A stretch of 64,000 nt of DNA, taken from the human T2T-CHM13v2.0 reference genome, Homo sapiens. A program made the position numbers and the translations under genes. Positions within the stretch are counted from its first letter, which is position 1. Each line of letters begins with the position of its first letter. The DNA is taken from the NCBI RefSeq assembly GCF_009914755.1, contig NC_060937.1. The stretch is one strand, 5' to 3'. The notes beneath the pieces were generated by a model. That model was not told the origin of the DNA, did not search any database, and was given only the letters and a program-made list of their open reading frames with translations. Shown here in pieces: positions 17,138-46,494 of this stretch.

Positions 17138-17764
17138 TGCAAACTTTTTTTTTTTTCAAGTTCTCTAATCAGCCTTGGCATTAGGAGGAAGCCTAGAAAG
17201 TTGTGGAAAATATTGGGAAACTTTGCAAAGTCAGTGAAGTTGTGCCATAAACGTGGTGTATGTGGACTAATTTACTTTCTTGACACTGTGATTCTGGTGT
17301 TTGAAGATGCCTGATCTGCATAAGACATGGCCCTAAATGCACCCATTGCCTCATCTGGAGCTCCACCCTAAAAAGCAGCAGTCTGTCCCTGTTTGGAGAA
17401 GACATTCAGTTTGCTGCAAGAGCTGGTTTGTTCGGTACACTGAACTGTAGGTCACCAGGGACTTTTGCCCCCATGCTCACATGAATCTGGCATCTATGTA
17501 GGATGAGATCACTGTCAAGGCCATTGTACAGGAGTGGACAGCTGGAAAGCTTTGCCCCCTGGGGTCACACTTCCTGCCTGGCTGTGGCCCCTTGCGGGAG
17601 CTCCTTAATCTCTTACATAAAGTTAACGGCTACCACACAGGGTTGTTGTAAGGCTTAATATATGTATAAAGCACCTAGAGCAGTGCCTAGCATTGTAGAT
17701 TTGATATTATGAGTACACATGCTGAAGAGATGGAAGTACATTTGGATAGCATTTCTTTTTGTTA

Positions 17765-18605
<841 letters not shown>

Positions 18606-19432
18606 AATTAGTTACCTATGGCATAAAACATGCAAACCATGGAAAACGGAAGTACTTGCTAATCAAGAATTTGATTGACTTTTATTAAGCTATTGACCAA
18701 AACTACGTTAGGCTTGCATAATAAAGGGCTGAGTAAAACACATGGTCTCTGCTACAGGGGACACATCATTAAGGAAAAGTAAAGGGTGCACTGGGTGTAC
18801 CCTTTGATGAAGAAATCAAAGAAGTAAATTCACTTAATATTGCAAATAGGATGTGCATTGAGCTGCCTCAGTTTCAGCATTATAGCAAACTGCACCAAAG
18901 ATAAAAATACATGTGCTCCTGGTCATTGAGAAATCCCTCCCCAGGTGATGCATTTTCCAGCCTTGCTACTCACAATTGGTTGTTCTTGGGCTGCTGCAGA
19001 GGTGACCCAGAGTGGGGCATTTGTGACCAGACAGGTCACCGGATGTGCTCCCTTGGAGGGTGAAGGAGCCAGACAGGCAAGCAGGAAGTTTTGGTCTCCC
19101 AAACTGCCTTACACCCAAACCCAGATCCTTCCTAGGGGCAGTATTGCTATGAGATAGTCCCCTTTCAATTAACTGACAATTGGGTTGGCAATGAAGAAAA
19201 CCTGCCAGATTATTTGTAGCCATTTAGAAAGTTGGCCCCAACCCCCAAAGCAGTTACTGTCTTGTTTCATCCGTTCCTAGAAATCTCCTAATGGGGTATG
19301 TGGTCTTGTTTGGTGTGTCTGTTTCTGTCCCGAGTGTGCTGCTGCTGCTTAATCACACTCCTGAATTTTCTCAAATCTTCTATGATTTAGGGATTAACTG
19401 GCATGTTTTATCTAGTTTTAAGAATTTAGCCA

Positions 19433-20008
19433 GCCGGCCCAGTGGCTAATGCCTGTCATCCCAGCACTTTGGGAGACCAAGGTGGGTGGATCACAAGGTC
19501 AAGAGTTCGAGGCCACCCTGGCCAATATGGTGAAACCCCCGTCTCTACTAAAAATACAAAAATTAGCTGGGCGTGGCGGGAGGCCAAGGCAGGAGAATTT
19601 CTTGAACCTAGGAGGCGGAGGTTGCAGTGAGCCAAGATCACCACTGCACTCCAGCCTGGGTGACAGAGCGAGACCCCGTCTCAAACAAAAAAAAAGAATT
19701 TAGCCATTGAGGCTGGGCGCAGTGGCTCACACCTGTAATCGCAACATTTTGGGAAGCTGAGGTAGGTGAATGATTTGAGCCCAGGAGTTCAAGACCAGCC
19801 TAGGCAACATGGAGAAACCCCATCTCTACTAAAAATGCAAAAAAAAATAGGCATGGTCGTTCAGGTGTGTAGTCCCAGCTACTTGGGAGGCTAAGGTGGT
19901 AGGATAGCTTGAGCCTGGGAGGCTGAAGCTGCACTGAGCCATGATTGCATCACTGCACTCCAGCCTGGGTGACAGAGTGAGACCCTGTCTCAAAAAAAAA
20001 AAAAAAAA
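19433..20008 (+). mobile_element. Two tandem Alus
   Basis: Duplications aagaatttagcca and agccatt. Confidence 0.92.
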
Positions 20009-20461
20009 GCCATTTAAATAAAGTCCCTTTTGATTAAGAAATATTGAAAGTGAAAATATTTAAGCAGTTAGGACCCTATTGCATTTTCTAATTTGAAAAA
20101 GAATGTACAGTTTATTACTGAAGGGTCAAAGAAGATAGATGTGTTTGAAGAAAAATATAGCCCATCACTATCTTGAGTGTTCTCCAATTGGTTCTCATGG
20201 GAAAAGGCTGCCATTATTACAAATGGTCAATAGCCAAAAAACAAAGGCTCACATTGTAGCTGATATTTCAAGAAGAATAAAAATACAAAACAGCAACACT
20301 AATGTGGAGACTGGCGATGGGCAGAGACCTCCTTCTGGAAGGAAATTAATGAAATGCCTACATGTCTTTCTGATGGGTAGGAACTATTCTAAGAAACCAA
20401 CTGCCCACCTGGTTAACCCAACCTGAATTCTTTAACCAGACATTATATAAGTCAACAATGA

Positions 20462-20769
<308 letters not shown>

Positions 20770-21031
20770 TCAACAATGATTAACTACATTTATTTTTTGC
20801 CTCTAAAATATCTCTACAACAAAATAAATCTTTGAAATTTAAGTAAATTTATAACACTCTTGACTAAATTATCTGAAAAGGGTTTTTTTTAAAACGTCCT
20901 CCCATAAGGAAAGATGATCAATTCTTATGTATCGTTCTAGGGATATAAATATTCAGGAGGCTTTTCAGAATAAAAGTTAAATCATTTTAGCTGGGAATTC
21001 TCAAAATTTAACCCTGTTAAAGATGAAAGTT

Positions 21032-21174
21032 GGCGGGGCGCGGTGGCTCACGCCTGTAATCCCAGCACTTTGGGAGGCCAAGGCGGGTGGATCACGAAGT
21101 CAGGAGATCGAGACCATCCTAGCTAACATGGTGAAACCCCGTCTCTACTAAAAAAAAATACAAAAAAAAAAAAA
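21032..21174 (+). mobile_element. Left-arm-only AluY-like insertion
   Basis: Ends in an expanded A-rich linker; flanked by aaagatgaaagtt / aaagatggaagtt. Confidence 0.85.
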
Positions 21175-21494
21175 GATGGAAGTTAAATATCTTTTGCCCT
21201 TTTCAATAAATGACAACCTATAAATTAGTATGGCCAGTGCTGGTGATCATCAAAATGTTGAGAATAGCATCACCATACTGAGTTAGAACCTCATTTCATC
21301 TTAAACTAAGTGGCATTGGGCCAAGTCTCCTTTAGTACAATTCAGCATATGAAGTTCTATTCTCATTGGGGAGCATATTTTCAAGTATGCGTTTTTATAA
21401 ATTATAACAATTGCTTATTTTTTTAAATGTAATAACATTGTTCTGTTTTTAACATTTATTTTATGGTTACCTTCTATTTATGACAAATGAGTCA

Positions 21495-21739
<245 letters not shown>

Positions 21740-22557
21740 TTATTTTTAATGTAATGTAAACAGAGCTACAGTTCTGAGGACGTGGCAAAAATCATGCAGA
21801 TGATACTGATGATGGAAGTTCAGGAAATCCTTTTTCTTGGCGGAGGGTAGCCATGCAAATATGTCTCTCAGAAGTTTTGTTCTACTTAGTTTAAAGAGAT
21901 ACAATGACTCTGTGGGACTGGATGAACAAGGCTCAGTCAGCAAGAAGAATCTGTCTCTGCCAACTCTCCCCATTAAACAGTAACTTCCCACCCACCACCC
22001 AGGCTCCTGGCAGCCCCCATTCTACTTTCTGTCTCTGTGAGTTTGCCTACTCCAGATACCTCGCGTTAAGTGGAAGCATACGGTATCTGTCTCTTCGTGT
22101 CTGCCTTATTTCACGCAGCATTATGTCCTCAAGGTTCATCCTGTTACAGGATGGGTCAGAACTTTCTTTTTAAGGCTGAATATGTTGCCTCTCTTTTATT
22201 TTTCTCTCTCTCTCTCATCCTTCTAACATCTGTATGACCAGTTTGCTCTATTAAATCCCTGTTTGAAATACCTAGTATGGTCTCTGTTTTTCTGATTAAA
22301 TCTTGACAGATACTAAATGTACACAACAATTTATTTAGTGTATTCGATGTGTATATTTTTATGAGTAAATTAATAAGAAAAATACATTTTTTACTCTGTG
22401 ATCCTCAGTTTTGACAAGTTAAACATTCCTTAACATACTCGTAAGAAGAAAACAATGTATTCAAGGAGGAAATGTTCATTTAATATTTTCAAGAAATGAA
22501 TTCATTATAACAAGTTTTAGTTAATCAGTTCATTTGGTGAATTCAGATCATGGATAG

Positions 22558-23106
<549 letters not shown>

Positions 23107-23651
23107 TGAGAGAATTGAGTGTGGACAGGAATGCAGAAGGCCTGGGAACCACGGGCAGACGCCCTGTGCTGTGCTGAGCCAGCAGAAGGCCTGCCTGGCC
23201 CTTGTACCTTACATCTCCATTCCCTTAAGAAAAGGAGAGTTTCGCAATTTCTAAAAATTAGCATCTACGGTGTCTACTAAGTTATTTTATCTCAGAACAA
23301 AAATGTAACAGAAAGGTTGATAGTGTACACAGTAAAATAATAAATGGAATTTGTGGTGACTGATTTATACTGTGATTATCTTAAAACCTAAGAACATTAT
23401 ATTTTAAAAGTTTTGCTCTTTTATCTGAAAATGCAAAATGTGTTTTTTATTATATATTTTAAGGATTCATCATCCCTGAATTATGCTACAGGAAAGACAA
23501 TTGCCACCCCACAAAATCAGTATATGGAAAGTCTTATTACTGGGTTTTTTTCATAATTCAGACTATCAATAGTTTGTATTCTGAGCAGCTTATGTGTGGT
23601 TTTCATATTGTATTTTGAATGGCCTTTTTGGTTATTTAAAAATGTGTCTCA

Positions 23652-24304
<653 letters not shown>

Positions 24305-24834
24305 CCTCTCTCTGGAGAAAACTGAGAACCTTGAGGGGGCAGCAGAGGAGCATCACTCACTGCTTTAAAAAGTTAGAGAACGACGGCTTCTGGAGCTTCA
24401 CCATCTGAGGGAAAAATGCTTATGTGGAAGCATTTCTAAAGAATATACCAATTAGATGAGAAATGCGTCAAAGCTGAGGACTTCTCTCCAGGTGTACGGC
24501 GCGGCTGCCGTTTCAGCTGCTGGTCAGGGCCCTGCCTTCATCCTTCCATGCTCAACTGAATTCAGAGGGCAGACAGGTGAGAATGAAGCTCATCATGAAC
24601 AATAGAACCCTAGGGGCAAGAAAGGTACAAATGATTCTCTAACAGAGCCATCCTGGGTTAATTATTAGTGTGTCTCCCACGAAGCCCGTCCTGGGTTAAT
24701 CATTAGTGCGTTTGTACTGTCTCTTCTGATCCCCCTCCCTTGTTGGGGAAAATAATCTCACTAACAACATAAAATTGGTAAGGCTTGAGGTCTGAGCTAT
24801 TATTTAATTAAAGTTATTTTGAAATTTTTGTTGT

Positions 24835-25840
<1,006 letters not shown>

Positions 25841-26625
25841 CTTAAGGCAATATTGAGATTCCAGATTCCACATATTCCCACTAGAATTATGGCCTGCTAC
25901 AATATGGTAAGCAAATGAGTAAGAATTTGGAGAAACCTTGAGAGTTTTAGGACCACAAATAATAACATAGTAGGATTAAGGGAAACATTGAGGATAAATA
26001 TTAGAAAATATGAAAAAAAGAACTGTTACCCTAAAATACAGGTTAAGCTAGCTCTATGTACTTAACACATTTCTGAAGAAGAATGCATGTTCCATATGGT
26101 GAATACTTTTTATATTGTTATAAATGTGGCACATGCCCATGGAGAGAATGATAGCCTTTATGCATGATGAAACCCGTCATTTTGACATAACTCTGGACTT
26201 GCTCAATTATGTCTTTTGCCATTACTATCCATTTTAATGCATTTAGCTCTCCCACTCAAAGTGGGCAAAAAGAATGCTCAATTTATTGATTTCTCTGTAT
26301 AACCAAAGGCAGACATGGGGGTGCGCACCTGTTACCTCAACTACTTGAGAGGCTGAGGTGAGAAGGTTGCTTGAACCCAGGAGTTCAAGGCTGCAGTGAG
26401 CTATGATTGTGCTATTGCACTTTAGCCTGGGCAACAGAGCAAGACTCTGTCTCTGGGGGAAAGAAAAAAAAACTTGTGTGTGCCAAAATATGTGGCCGTG
26501 TGGTGGTTTTCTTTAGAGCAAAAGGGCAGCCCCATGACTTCAAGACTTCAAAGGTAAGCACGGAAATTTCCCCTGTGTGGAGTGAGCATTTTCATTTCCA
26601 TCACCCTGAAAAAGGCAGGTCCTAG

Positions 26626-28692
<2,067 letters not shown>

Positions 28693-28976
28693 TAACGTCA
28701 GGGCAGGCGTTTCTGTTTCCAGCTGGACAAAGAGAAGTCATGGGCAGGGAGATTCAAAAGACACAATGGTTTTTCTCCCTCTCATGATTAATTTGAGATA
28801 GATTCAGTAGCTGAGAAGCTGAGGCAAGCTTGGCATTTTAATACTTACAGAGTGAGTGAAAAATGACCTCCACGCAGAGGGGAAAGCTAACAAATTGAGG
28901 GATGATGGATAGCTTCTCTCTCTTCAAAGAGGGGAGCCCCTTGAAAGGTTTCTGACATGAAGGTGAGGTTCTAGAG

Positions 28977-29944
<968 letters not shown>

Positions 29945-30348
29945 ATTTTTGAGTGCCTTATTCTACCTAAACAAAATTCAAAGGAATTTGTTTAAAGTGG
30001 TTACCTCTGAAACCCCAGAGCCTCATGCAATTATTTTTCCCTGTAAATTTCAGGTCTGCCAGCTCCCTAGCCCTGTCTTGCTTGAGACTAGATTTTTATG
30101 TTATAAACCATGCTTCCAATAATATATCCATCTTTGAAGAATGAATTTTGAAGTTACAGAGTTATGCTTTTGGTAAGAAAGAATACAATTTTAAAATTTT
30201 TTATGGGTCTTTAATATCTCGTGATGTGAATGCTGCTCACTCAGGGCTATCGACGCACAAAAAGCAGCTGCTCCACTGCTCCTGCAGCCACATCCCTGGA
30301 GCCCTAATGGGCAGTTCAAGCCTTGTCTGCCCACATTGCCCTGGCTCA

Positions 30349-30795
<447 letters not shown>

Positions 30796-31099
30796 TCAGT
30801 GAAATTCTCACACACACCAGCATTTGACCACCTTCTTCTCTTGTCCTCTTTGTCCCAAAACCGTTGGTTTCTCTTGTCCTCTTTGTCCCAAAGCCCTGGG
30901 TTCCCTTCTTGCCCCCAGGAGCTCATCCTCATGGTTCGCCCCACGTTGGCAGCCCTAGACCACCTCTAGGGGTTTCTCACCCTCTCCTCCTTTCCAGCCC
31001 GTTGGCTGTACCTTATCCTCCTCATTGCTGCGCACACTTGCCCCTAGATGGGGCATTTTCCAATACAGGCAGCCTTCACCCAGCTGCTCGCGATGGTGA

Positions 31100-33975
<2,876 letters not shown>

Positions 33976-34748
33976 GCCCATCTTCTTTTGTTTGTTTTGA
34001 TTTTTGAAATAGAGTCTCACTCTGTCGCCCAGGCTGGAGTGCATTGACCTGATCTCAGCTCACTGCAATCTCTGCCTCCAGGATTCAAGTGATTCTTGTG
34101 CCTCAGCCTCCTGAGTAGCTGGGATCACAGTGTACACCACCACACCCTGCTAATTATTGGTACCTTCTGTAGAGGCAGGGCTCACTATGTTACCCAGACT
34201 GGTCTCGAACTGCTGGGCTCAAGTGATCCACTCACTTTGGCCTCCCAAAGCACTGGGATTATAGGCGTTGGCCACCACACCTGGCCTTTGGCCTTTTATT
34301 TTATTTTAAAGATAGGATCTCATTCTGTCACCCCAAGCTGGAGTGCAGTGGTGCAATCATATCTCACTGCAGCCTCGAATTCCTAGGTTTAGGCCTTCCT
34401 TCCACCTTAACCTCCCAATAGCTACAGGCATGCAGCACCACACCCAGCTAATTATTTTATCTTTTGTAGAGATGCGGTTTCACCATGTTGGTTAGGCTGG
34501 TCTTAAACTCCAGCCCTCCAGTGATCTGCCCACTTCAGCCTCCCAAAGTACTGGGATTACAGGCATAAGCCATCGCTCCTGGCCCCCATTTTCTTTTGAG
34601 AAACCGTTCTTTTTCCTCTCTGAATATGGAAGCTGTCATTTCTTAAGTGATCCCATCTTTACAGGACATCAGACCCAAGTTGGGCCAATTGAAGTACCTA
34701 TTCCCCTAGTCATGGGACTTGGTGCAAAGCATGAACACAAGATGCAAG

Positions 34749-35251
34749 TGTTAAAGGAAAAAGAAAAAACCTATTTGCATTTGTTAAAGCACAGAAAGGA
34801 AGACTTTATTCACGACCATCACGATAGGTGAGACCACAGCAATGGGATTTTGCTGTGGGAGAGAGAGAGTGAGCTCACCTCCAAACACAGCATGGGCAAG
34901 TAGGAAGTTACAGCCCAGGAGCAGGGGAGGAGTCAATGGATGGAAAATTACTAAAGAAAAATCAGGGTAAGAAGTAGATTCTGACTAAAGCCACCTAACA
35001 GAGTTCTTGCTGAGGACAGGCCAGGGCAATGAGACATCATCACCTGGCAGGAGGTAGAGGCTGAGGACCCTGACCAGATATCAAAGGTGATTAGATACTG
35101 GTGGTCAGGGCGTGGGCGGGGGTGGGTCTGGCTAAACTGACTTAGCAGGGTTCTTGCTAAAACTGGATTTTATAAGCAAGTGCAGAGATGGGCCTAGGAG
35201 AAGGTTCGGGAGGCTGACTAAAGTTTTGTCAAGCAGAGAATCTTTGCCACA
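34749..35251 (-). mobile_element. MER31-like ERV1 solo LTR inside an older MLT1-like LTR
   Basis: Minus strand starts tgtggcaaagattctctgcttgacaaaactttagtcag; flanks carry ggccaat and gtttctgtcacttgcaa motifs. Confidence 0.7.
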
Positions 35252-35751
35252 AGCCAAGCCAATCAGAATGGCCCTGGGAGTGCTCTACCTGGAGCCTGGG
35301 GAAGCAAATTCCTTTCTTTTCTAACCACAGGCTGTAAAGACAGGAACCCAAGCGGTGTCAGTGGTCACATGAGACAGCAGGTCTGTGGTGGCAAAGAAGC
35401 TGGCAAGCCTAGGAGAGCAGCGTGACCGTCCTGCACACGTCAAGGGGCCTGCCCTGGTTTGCCCGCCCGCTCCCTGGGGCCAAGGGGAGGAACCTCCCAG
35501 CACACGTGTAGCCCAAGTGTGGTCCACTGTTCAGGAAGCTCCGCAGTAGCCGGCAAGAACCCCTTTTGTGTGTAGGCTTTTGGGATTGGGTTTCTGTCAC
35601 TTGCAATGGGGGAATTCTGACTCCTTTGTGGGGCAAAGACAGTTTGGGGACCCAAGGCCATCTGGTTTCAAAGGCTGTGCCCTTCCCCACCACATGACAG
35701 GCTATCTCCCGCATGTATGCCCTCAACATAGAACTACATTTCTGAGAGGTT

Positions 35752-35784
<33 letters not shown>

Positions 35785-36599
35785 TCTGCGAAACTCCCTT
35801 TCAGGGAGGTCATCATTTGTTAGTCTGTCATGGTTTTCATGACCTTTTCAACTATAGCCAAGGCTCCTGTGAGTAAAGAATATTGGCCAGGCGTGGTGGT
35901 TCACGCCTCACCCATCGTGGCTCATGCCTGTAGGCTGAGTTGGAAGGACCACTTGAGTCCAGGAGTTTGAGACCAGCCTGGGCAACATAGTGAGACCCCA
36001 TCTTTACCCACCCCCCAAAAAAGAATATTGAGGTTCAGCTAACAGTCGTTGATCATTTATAATGTGCCACAGATTATGCTTTTTCATATAATACTCAAAG
36101 GGATTCTGTGATGTCATAGTTTCTGCATTTCGCCAATGAGGAAACTGGGGCTCCATGAAAGTGAGGAACTGGCCCAAGGCCATTGGTAATTTCCACCTCA
36201 CTGACACTCCAGTGTTCTCTGTGGGCACTGCCCTGAATGAGCTCCAAGACGTATATGCCTGTCCCTGGTGCCTTTCCCTTTTTTTTTTTTTTTTGAGATG
36301 GAGTTGCCCAGGCTGGAGCGCAGTGGCACCATCTCAGCTCACTGCAAACTCCCCTCCCGGGTTCAAGTATTTCTCCTGCCTCAGCCTCCCGAGTAGCTGG
36401 GACTACAGGCACACACCGCCACACCTAGCTAATTTGTTGTATTTTAGAGATGGGGTTTTGCCGTGTTGGCCAGGCTGGTCTTAAACTCATGACCTCAAGT
36501 GATCCATCTGCCTCGGCCTCCCAAAGTGCTGGGATTACAGGCATGAGCCACAGCATCTGGCCACCTTTTTTTTTTTAATTGAAAAAAAAAAACAAAACT

Positions 36600-37235
36600 A
36601 TTGGAAACTTCCTATATGGCTGATGAAAATGCAAAATTATTCAGCCACTGTTTGACTCAAAAAAGTTAAACATAGAATTACTATATGACCCAGCAATTCC
36701 ACCCCTCAGTCTACACCCAAAAGAATTGAAAGCAGGGACTCAAACCAGCACATGTGCACCCATGTTCATAGCCACAGCCAAGTGTCCATCAGTGCAAGAG
36801 TGGATGAACCAATTGTAGTATATACACGCGATGGAGTAGTATTCAGCCATGGAAAGGGGCAAAGTACTGATACAGGTTACTATTAGAGGAACCTTGAAAA
36901 TATTATGCTGAATTAAAGAAGCCAGATACAGAAGGCTGCACACTGTGTGATTCCATTTATATGAAATACTCAGAATCAGTAAATTCACAGGGACAGGATA
37001 CATGGTGTTTGCCATGGGCTGGCAGAGGTGGGGGTGGGGTGGGAGGGAATAGAGAGAAACCGCTTAATGGAAACTGGAAACAGCTTTATTTTGGAGCGAT
37101 GGAAATGTTTCGGATCTAGATAGAGGCGTGGTTGCACAGCATTGAAAATACAGCAAATGCCACTAAATTGTTCACTTTAAAATGTTTAACTTTATGGTAT
37201 GTGAGTTTTGCCTGCACAATATTTTTAAATTTTTA
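36600..37235 (+). mobile_element. L1MB-like 3' end
   Basis: atatgacccagcaattccac, tgtccatcagt, gattccatttatatgaaat motifs. Confidence 0.8.
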
Positions 37236-37334
37236 TATATGCATACATATTATTACACCAAAATGCATAAATATCATCATAGAATATCTATTATTTTTGG
37301 TTTGGTTTTGTGTTTTTTTGGTACAGGCTTTCCC

Positions 37335-38868
<1,534 letters not shown>

Positions 38869-39899
38869 TGAACCCAGGGCTTCCGCCTCATTACTGCCAT
38901 GCTTGAGCTAAGGAGACAGTCGGTGGCTGAAAATAATTGTGGTGCAGACAGCCTCTCTCTTCCCATGGGTCTGTAATAATCAAAACAATCTTTTGAAGCA
39001 AATAGAACAAACTCAGATTCTTTTTCCGTGTTGGAATGGAGTTATTTTCGTCAGCTTCCTCCAATATAAGACTTACTAATAAGGATTGCTTAGGTTAGTC
39101 GCACAGGTGGTTTAGGGAAAAAAAAAAAAACGAAGAAAGAATCCCTGATTTTGTCATTTGACTTGCTGTCAGTGGAAGCCGTTTTCACTTCCCTTCTGCA
39201 GGCGCAGAGAACGCAGGCTGGCATACTTTCTTCTGAGATTTTCAGAGCACATGCAGCACAGTGGGCTGCTTTCATCCCAGGAAGGTGCCAGCCGTGGTGA
39301 TTGCTCTGAGGAATGAATGAGTGGTCTTCGCTAATGAAGATGGAGCCATGTGCCAGGTAAGTCTGTCATCCTCAAGGGGGAGATAAAAATGAGATGTGGC
39401 CTCAGGCTGAGCCTTGCAAAGTGACCTCGGCCTCAGATGTTCCACAGGCTTTCTCTCAATAGATGGAAAACGTGATGTTGCTATTTATCAAAGGCAGGAA
39501 AGTAACGACAATGTTTCAGCAGGAGAACTTCCAGATTTTCTGGGGTTTTCAAGTCATGCAATTCAAGGGGGATTTTTTTTAAATAAAATACAAAAATATA
39601 TTGCCTTTGCAAATTTTACAAAAACTGATGACAGGGGAACACATTGGCAGGGGCCTTGGAAAGAACTCCTGCTGGGAGGGACCCCTGACGCTTATGTTCC
39701 ACAGGCTTTAGTGTAAATGCACCCTGACTTTTGAGGACCTACTATGTGCTAAATATTTTCACGTGTTCTTTCATTAAACTCTCCCAACAATCTTGTGATG
39801 GTATTAGCACCTCCATGTTTTCCGGGTGTTGAGAAAATTACTCGCTTTTTTTTTTTCACTTTCTCTTCTTCTTTATACTTTATGTGTTATTTGAATTTT

Positions 39900-40680
<781 letters not shown>

Positions 40681-41435
40681 CATTTAACTTTTTATTATAG
40701 AAAATTTCAAAGACTCCCCAAAATAGAGAATTCAAAGACTCCCCCAAATAGAGAAAAGAGGCTAATGAACCCCTGTGTAACTGCCACCCAGATTCCACAA
40801 TTATCAACATTCTGCCACTTTGTTTTATTTTCCCGTCACTTTTTCTTGAGTATTCAAAAGCAAATCCCAGACATGAAACTTTTACTTGTAATACTTTAGT
40901 ACATCGCACCATTAAAGAGTCATTCTTGAGAGGTTGCTTTTCTTCTTTGAGGATAAATATTTACCAATTAGTGGCAAAAGGTGATCACCAAAAACAAACA
41001 CAAGATACAAAGTGAAGCCTTGACATACAGACAGATCAAATCTGTGTTGGACTGTGACTCTGGCAGGATGTTTATTTAAGCATCAAATGCCGTCTTCCGT
41101 GACTACTGCATGCTGGCACTGTGCCAGGTCCTGGGAGCCAGAAGACAGACAAGTCACTGCCCATGTCGAGTGGACAGCATGGAGGACTTGGTAGAGAAGG
41201 ACCATGAAGACATGAGCAGCTGCCATAGAGCAACTAAAGACACGCACGATGGACAGAAAAAGCCTGTAAGCCTGTAAGGTCACACAGCTAGCAGCAGATG
41301 AGTGGGGCAAGGCTAGGAAACACCATCCCACACCCCATTACCAATTTGGTGCTTGGGAATCAGAGAGGGCATTGGCACCTGGAAGGCAAAGGATTTCCCT
41401 CTGCTCAGGGCTGTGCATGATCCAGAATGATGTAA

Positions 41436-42870
<1,435 letters not shown>

Positions 42871-43041
42871 AAAGAAATTGCCACAGCCACCCCAACACCC
42901 CAACCTTCAGCAACCACCACCCTAATCAGTCAGCAGCCATCAACATCGAGGCAAGACCTTCCACCAGAAAAAGAAAATTATGACTTGCTAAAAGCTCAGA
43001 TGGTCATTAGCATTTTTTAGCCATAAAGTATTTTTAATTAA
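42871..43041 (+). mobile_element. Tigger1 3' fragment
   Basis: aattgccacagccacccca...cagcagccatcaacatcgaggcaagacc...gctcagatg. Confidence 0.8.
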
Positions 43042-43230
43042 CTCATTTCCTGTTTAGAAAAAAAAAATTGCAGCTCTCCGTCAGTGCTCATTTAATTTGA
43101 CATAAACATACTCTTTAAGGCTAAAGCAAATCTGACTGATTTTCAACATGAAAATAAAATATAAAAACTATTCTTGGATTTATTTTTAAACAGAACTTGT
43201 CTCCAATCCTAATGTAACAGAAATGTATAT
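43042..43230 (-). mobile_element. MER75-like piggyBac element, partial
   Basis: Begins directly after TTAA; gcaaatctgactgattttcaa and aatcctaatgtaacagaaatgtat motifs. Confidence 0.75.
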
Positions 43231-43359
43231 AAAATATAAAATAAAATATACAAAATATTTTTGGATTTATTTTGGATCCACCTGCCTCGGCCTCCCGAAG
43301 TGCTGGGATTACAGGTGTGACCCACTGCACCTGGCCGTATTTTCTTCTTTTTTGCATGA

Positions 43360-45170
<1,811 letters not shown>

Positions 45171-45199
45171 GTTCTGCTCTCCTCCTGTTTACCCCATTG

Positions 45200-45879
<680 letters not shown>

Positions 45880-46494
45880 CCTACATGCAATGTCTTGTTA
45901 AATTTATTCCTAAGTTGTTTCTCTTATTTGCAGCTTTATAAATGGGGTTGTTTTTACTGTTATGTTCCGTAGCTAAACAATGTTTTTAAAAGGTTAACAC
46001 GGGCTACAGAGTAAAGCAGCTACCATTCAGAGACACAAAGACAATAAAACCTCAATTTTACAACTGAAAAATCAGAGAAGATATTTACAGAGCAATTAGG
46101 ACCAAGCATTACCATCCCAGGTCAGCTCCCTTGTCAAGCTGTTCTGCTTTGAAAGTAGAAGAGCAACCTTTATAAATCCTCAGGAACAGAAAGGGCTACC
46201 ATTAAAAATCATTCATTTCAAGGATCATTAAAAATGGACAATTTAATTTGCATTTCAAAAGTAGACTCAGAAAAGATAAATTTGTCAGGATGACTAGTGG
46301 GAAAAGTTTCATGGTGCAAATTATCTTTCGTCTTCATGGAATATATGGTATATAGCAACAAGGTATAAAAAGGGAACTAAAGAGATATAAAAGCCTTAAT
46401 TATTTGACAAAGATCAGGGATAAGATGATGAAACCAACTATCCCTCAAAAGGAACTTCAACCATTTTTTTAAATCCATAAATAGCAACACGAAT

